Made by a program: the position numbers and the translations under genes
Shown: positions 60,711 through 64,000 of the stretch, in pieces
Numbering within the stretch: position 1 is the first letter of the stretch
Layout of the letters: each line of letters begins with the position of its first letter
Source of the DNA: Candidatus Bathyarchaeota archaeon
GTDB taxonomy: Archaea; Thermoproteota; Bathyarchaeia; Bathyarchaeales; Bathycorpusculaceae
NCBI GenBank assembly: GCA_963782525.1
Contig: CAWAKC010000010.1
Span: 32,001 to 96,000 of the forward strand
Length of the DNA: 64,000 nt
Direction of reading: 5' to 3'
The notes under the pieces: model-generated
The model's input: the letters and a program-made list of their open reading frames with translations, nothing else
Database searches by the model: none
Told to the model about the DNA's origin: nothing

Positions 60711-61514
60711 TTGGCGAAAACACGGATGCAACAACCCAACAAAATAGCGGTACTAACTGAACCTACACTTGCGGATGCGGCTGTGCTCATCGAAAAAGCC
60801 TTTGCGCAAAGACGAACTCTAGTCGTCGCAGGCAACTGTCATGTACACTACGCTGGCAGAGCAAATTCTAAGCTTGAACCCGGCGAACGTCTTCTTATCA
60901 TCAAATCTGACGGCTCTCTCCTTGTGCATCGACCAGTCGGGTACGAACCCGTTAACTGGCAGCCCGCAGGCAGCGTCTTCCACGTCCAGATCAAAGACGG
61001 CGAGCTTGAGGTTCATGGTGTTCGCCAAAAACCTAGAGAAAGCGTTCGAGTGGCATTTGACAAAATCTTCATGGTTTCCGCGCTCAACCTTTCTGATTCT
61101 GGAGAATTCCTCTTACATGCCAGCGAAGATGATATGCACCGAGCTATTCTGCTTAAGCCTGAACTGCTTGAGGTTGGTTTTAAACCGATTAGCTGGGAGA
61201 AAAAAGTTGAGCCGGGCTTTGTGGACATTTATGGCGAAGATAAGGATGGCAAACTTGTCATAGTCGAAGTGAAACGTAAAACCGCTTCTAAAGAAGCTGC
61301 TTTGCAATTGGCAAAGTACATTGCACCCATCAAAGCCAAGGTTAATCGTGAAGTCCGCGCCATCTTAGCTGCGCCTAGCCTTGCCAAAGATGTGCAAAGA
61401 GTGCTAGTCACACTTGGATTGGAGTATAAAGCGTTGGATCCTAAAGTGTGCGCTGAAGTGCTCAAAAAAGCTGAGAACTCTAAGCTGGAAACTTTTTTTG
61501 GCGAAAAAATTTAG
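60711..61514 (+). CDS. nucS: endonuclease NucS/EndoMS
   Basis: IIKSDGSLLVH, PVNWQP, SE.DM, G.VD, VEVKR, QL.KY. Confidence 0.95.
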   Translation: MAKTRMQQPNKIAVLTEPTLADAAVLIEKAFAQRRTLVVAGNCHVHYAGRANSKLEPGERLLIIKSDGSLLVHRPVGYEPVNWQPAGSVFHVQIKDGELEVHGVRQKPRESVRVAFDKIFMVSALNLSDSGEFLLHASEDDMHRAILLKPELLEVGFKPISWEKKVEPGFVDIYGEDKDGKLVIVEVKRKTASKEAALQLAKYIAPIKAKVNREVRAILAAPSLAKDVQRVLVTLGLEYKALDPKVCAEVLKKAENSKLETFFGEKI

Positions 61515-61541
61515 CGTGCATTATGGCTTGCTGGTTTTATG

Positions 61542-61935
61542 CTAAGTCAGAGCGCTGTAGACTGAAAACACCAAAAGTACAATCAAAACCGCAGCTGGAA
61601 ATGGACCCAGAAAAATGTAGAAGAAAATGGCAACTGTCAAGCGACAAGTCTATTTGTATCTTTGAGGCTGCGTTTCCCAAAATACAAGGCCGCTAATCTG
61701 CTAAGCCGAATGTGCATTTTTTGCAGTTATAGCAGGGTCTTAGGCAGCTGAGGAATTTTAGGATGCCATAGATGCCGATGAGTGCAGCCAAGAGGAATAT
61801 CGCGCCGTAAGTCCAGTTGACAAGCCAAAAACCCAAAGTGTCAAGTTCAATCCAAGCTGCGACAGCTATATTGCCAAAGTATGGCGAAGGTTTTTGGGAA
61901 CTCTATGGTTTGCTGATTTTTTTCGCTTCCACCCG
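61542..61935 (-). pseudogene. decayed membrane protein with CxxC motifs
   Basis: Fragments GILKFLSCLRPCYNCKKCTFG and TM segments interrupted by frameshifts. Confidence 0.4.
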
Positions 61936-62172
61936 CTTATTTGGTTGTGGATGATTGATAATAAGTTTCCACTGCAATCCGCCTAATGGCACTGATTTTC
62001 AACATGTTACTGACTTGGTGAGGTCCCAAAGAGAAGATCTGAGGTGTTCAGTCGTTTGTTAGGTTGGATAGAACAGCTATTAGGATCTAAACATCCTGAT
62101 AGTTTTTTAAAAACTATGTACAACTAAATTTTTACAACAAAAATGCAGTGCAAGAGCAAAAAACTTGATCGT

Positions 62173-62739
62173 TTATGCTTTTGGTTTGCCGTTTTCTTCT
62201 GGCACAAAAACTGCGGCTGCCACAGTCGTGGTCCATAAACCGTTTTTATCGCCTGAAGCAGACTGGGTTACATTGGCTGTTTTGATAATTAATCCTGTGG
62301 TTTTGAAGAGTTGTTTCCGTTCGTCCCAGGCGGTTTCAGGGTCAAACTGTATACCCATGGTTGTTGCAAGCATGGTTGCTGCGAGGTCTTCTGCGTAGTC
62401 GCCTGCAGTTTCATCGGTTTGTCCAAAGCTGTGGTGTTCGCTTAGGTAGCCGTATTGGTTTTTGCCGCTGGGAATGGCGACGCCGACGGATGATGCGACG
62501 AGGCGGTGTGGTTCGTTGGTTGCGTTGCGGGCGATGACGACAAAGGTGATTTCGCCGGGTTGAATCATCTTTAAGCCTTTTTCCCGAGTAAGCAGTTCAC
62601 ATGCAGGTGGAACAATGCTGGATACGGCAACGAGGTTGCACATTTGAATGCCTGCATCGCGCAGTGCTAATTCGAATGATTGGAGTTGCTCTTTATGTTT
62701 GCCAACTCCTTTTGTGAAAAAGAAGTATTTTGGTATCAT
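62173..62739 (-). CDS. pdaD: pyruvoyl-dependent arginine decarboxylase
   Basis: [19 protein letters not shown] self-cleavage site, YGYLSEH. Confidence 0.93.
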   Translation of the reverse strand: MIPKYFFFTKGVGKHKEQLQSFELALRDAGIQMCNLVAVSSIVPPACELLTREKGLKMIQPGEITFVVIARNATNEPHRLVASSVGVAIPSGKNQYGYLSEHHSFGQTDETAGDYAEDLAATMLATTMGIQFDPETAWDERKQLFKTTGLIIKTANVTQSASGDKNGLWTTTVAAAVFVPEENGKPKA

Positions 62740-62915
62740 GTCGGTGTCGGAAAATAGGATTGCTGAATGTATTAATTAGTGTTTTGTTTGCAAACAATTG
62801 TTTTCGATCCATTTCGTTTTTTACCTTGTTACTAAATAGGAGTCATTGCGCTCAATAGTTCTGTTTTGATAAATCCAATTAACGACTAATTCCAAGAAGC
62901 TTTGTATTTAATTTT

Positions 62916-63713
62916 CTAGGTCTCTTTTAATTCTGCAGAGTGTGTCCATGTGCTCTCAAAGTAGCTTTGAGCTAACGCAACAAGACTTGGATTTTTCGAC
63001 CATAACGCTGTGGCAGTGGGTAATTGAGCCTCTGCTACCATTGTAATGAATGCTTCTTTATTATCGATGACTGTTACAACTGCTGGCTGCGATGATGTAA
63101 TAAATTTGACCTTGAAATTTGTGTTCTTGGAAAGACGTTGCGTGATATGGCGAGCAGCTTTTCTTTGGATATGCTGTTCCACTACAATATTGATTTTTAC
63201 CCCTTTCCTCAAAGCTTTCCTGTATTCATCTGCAAATTCAAGAATTGCCTCAGAAAACCTTTCCCGCGAAGTAACAACGCAAGCGCTAATACTTGCTCTT
63301 GCCAAGGATAACTTCAACCTTTGAACAATACCCTCTTTTCCATAAACCATAACAGAGCAGGTATCTTCCTCTTGAGACTCTATTGCTTCATTGCACCTTA
63401 ACTCATCTAGTAATTCTTCAGTTTCTTTAATCAAGAGGGTTTGTTCTGTCGTTTTGCGTTTGATCATGTTTGGTAATACTAATACTGCTGGAACTGCTTG
63501 GTAGCTAATTGGCCTGGTCATCAGCTTTTCAACCATGCCTTGTTTTTCAATGGTCGGGATTATTCGATAAATGTCAGGTCGAGCGATTTTTGATGTACTT
63601 GCAAGTTGCCTTGCGGTTGCAGGTCCGCATTGGAGAAGAGCAAGGTAAAGTCTTGATTGGTCTACTGTCAATCCCAGATTTGTCAAGGTTTGTATTTTTC
63701 CTTCCATTCTCAT
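62916..63713 (-). CDS. TrmB family transcription regulator
   Basis: LGLT...Y.ALL..G, RPDIYR wHTH, C-terminal D.KE effector domain. Confidence 0.9.
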   Translation of the reverse strand: MRMEGKIQTLTNLGLTVDQSRLYLALLQCGPATARQLASTSKIARPDIYRIIPTIEKQGMVEKLMTRPISYQAVPAVLVLPNMIKRKTTEQTLLIKETEELLDELRCNEAIESQEEDTCSVMVYGKEGIVQRLKLSLARASISACVVTSRERFSEAILEFADEYRKALRKGVKINIVVEQHIQRKAARHITQRLSKNTNFKVKFITSSQPAVVTVIDNKEAFITMVAEAQLPTATALWSKNPSLVALAQSYFESTWTHSAELKET

Positions 63714-63887
63714 AAAAAATTCACGTTTACCTGTGATTTTTCTGGTCGACAAATATTGTATAATTACTTCGTAATTTAAGACTTGTGAAAAAACGTCGAT
63801 TGTCAGTAGAACCTCTATCTCCAATATTTTAAAAGTAAACTAACCGATGGAAATGTGTTCTTATAAAAACAGGAGAAAAGAAAAAAA

Positions 63888-64000
63888 ATGCGATTTTCTA
63901 AAAATAAAACTGAAGCTATCTTGATTGCGATGTTTCTAATTTTAACCATTACAGGCACATGCATATTTTTGCCAACTGCTATGTCACATACACCACCAGT
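63888..64000 (+). CDS. N-terminus of an exported protein (partial)
   Basis: AGGAG SD, MRFSKNKT + signal peptide, HTPP; runs off the window. Confidence 0.65.
   Translation, partial: MRFSKNKTEAILIAMFLILTITGTCIFLPTAMSHTPP

Noticed and set aside
2326-61986. Recurring intergenic TCC(A/G)C(T/C)TA motif (about 2328, 5507 reverse, 8493, 50985, 61978)
   Set aside because: A short degenerate motif; enrichment cannot be established by eye.

Overview
Archaeal chromosome segment, most likely Bathyarchaeia (TACK). The assignment is inferred from an unsplit Rpo2, an unsplit Rpo1, rpl30e-nusA, paired AORs, NosD/PQQ-repeat surface proteins and a BHB-intron tRNA. The left half (1-27 kb) is accessory: beta-helix surface proteins, an ABC exporter, a Ni/Co ECF transporter with NikR, a HemN-like radical SAM enzyme, a copper island (CopB, membrane wHTH regulator, Met/Gly-rich exported proteins, membrane-anchored TIR protein), a split HEPN gene and several repeat families. 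The right half holds two AOR + ferredoxin-like pairs, peptidases, tRNA-Leu(CAA) with two introns directly behind a decayed LAGLIDADG endonuclease, a DNA methyltransferase with a small nuclease-like gene, the RNA polymerase operon, a complete IS1182, a sedolisin, a compact SMC5/6-like operon (SMC + Nse4-like kleisin + kite), NucS, PdaD and a TrmB regulator. No CRISPR array or rRNA was seen. All calls come from manual reading of motifs; no database searches were run.
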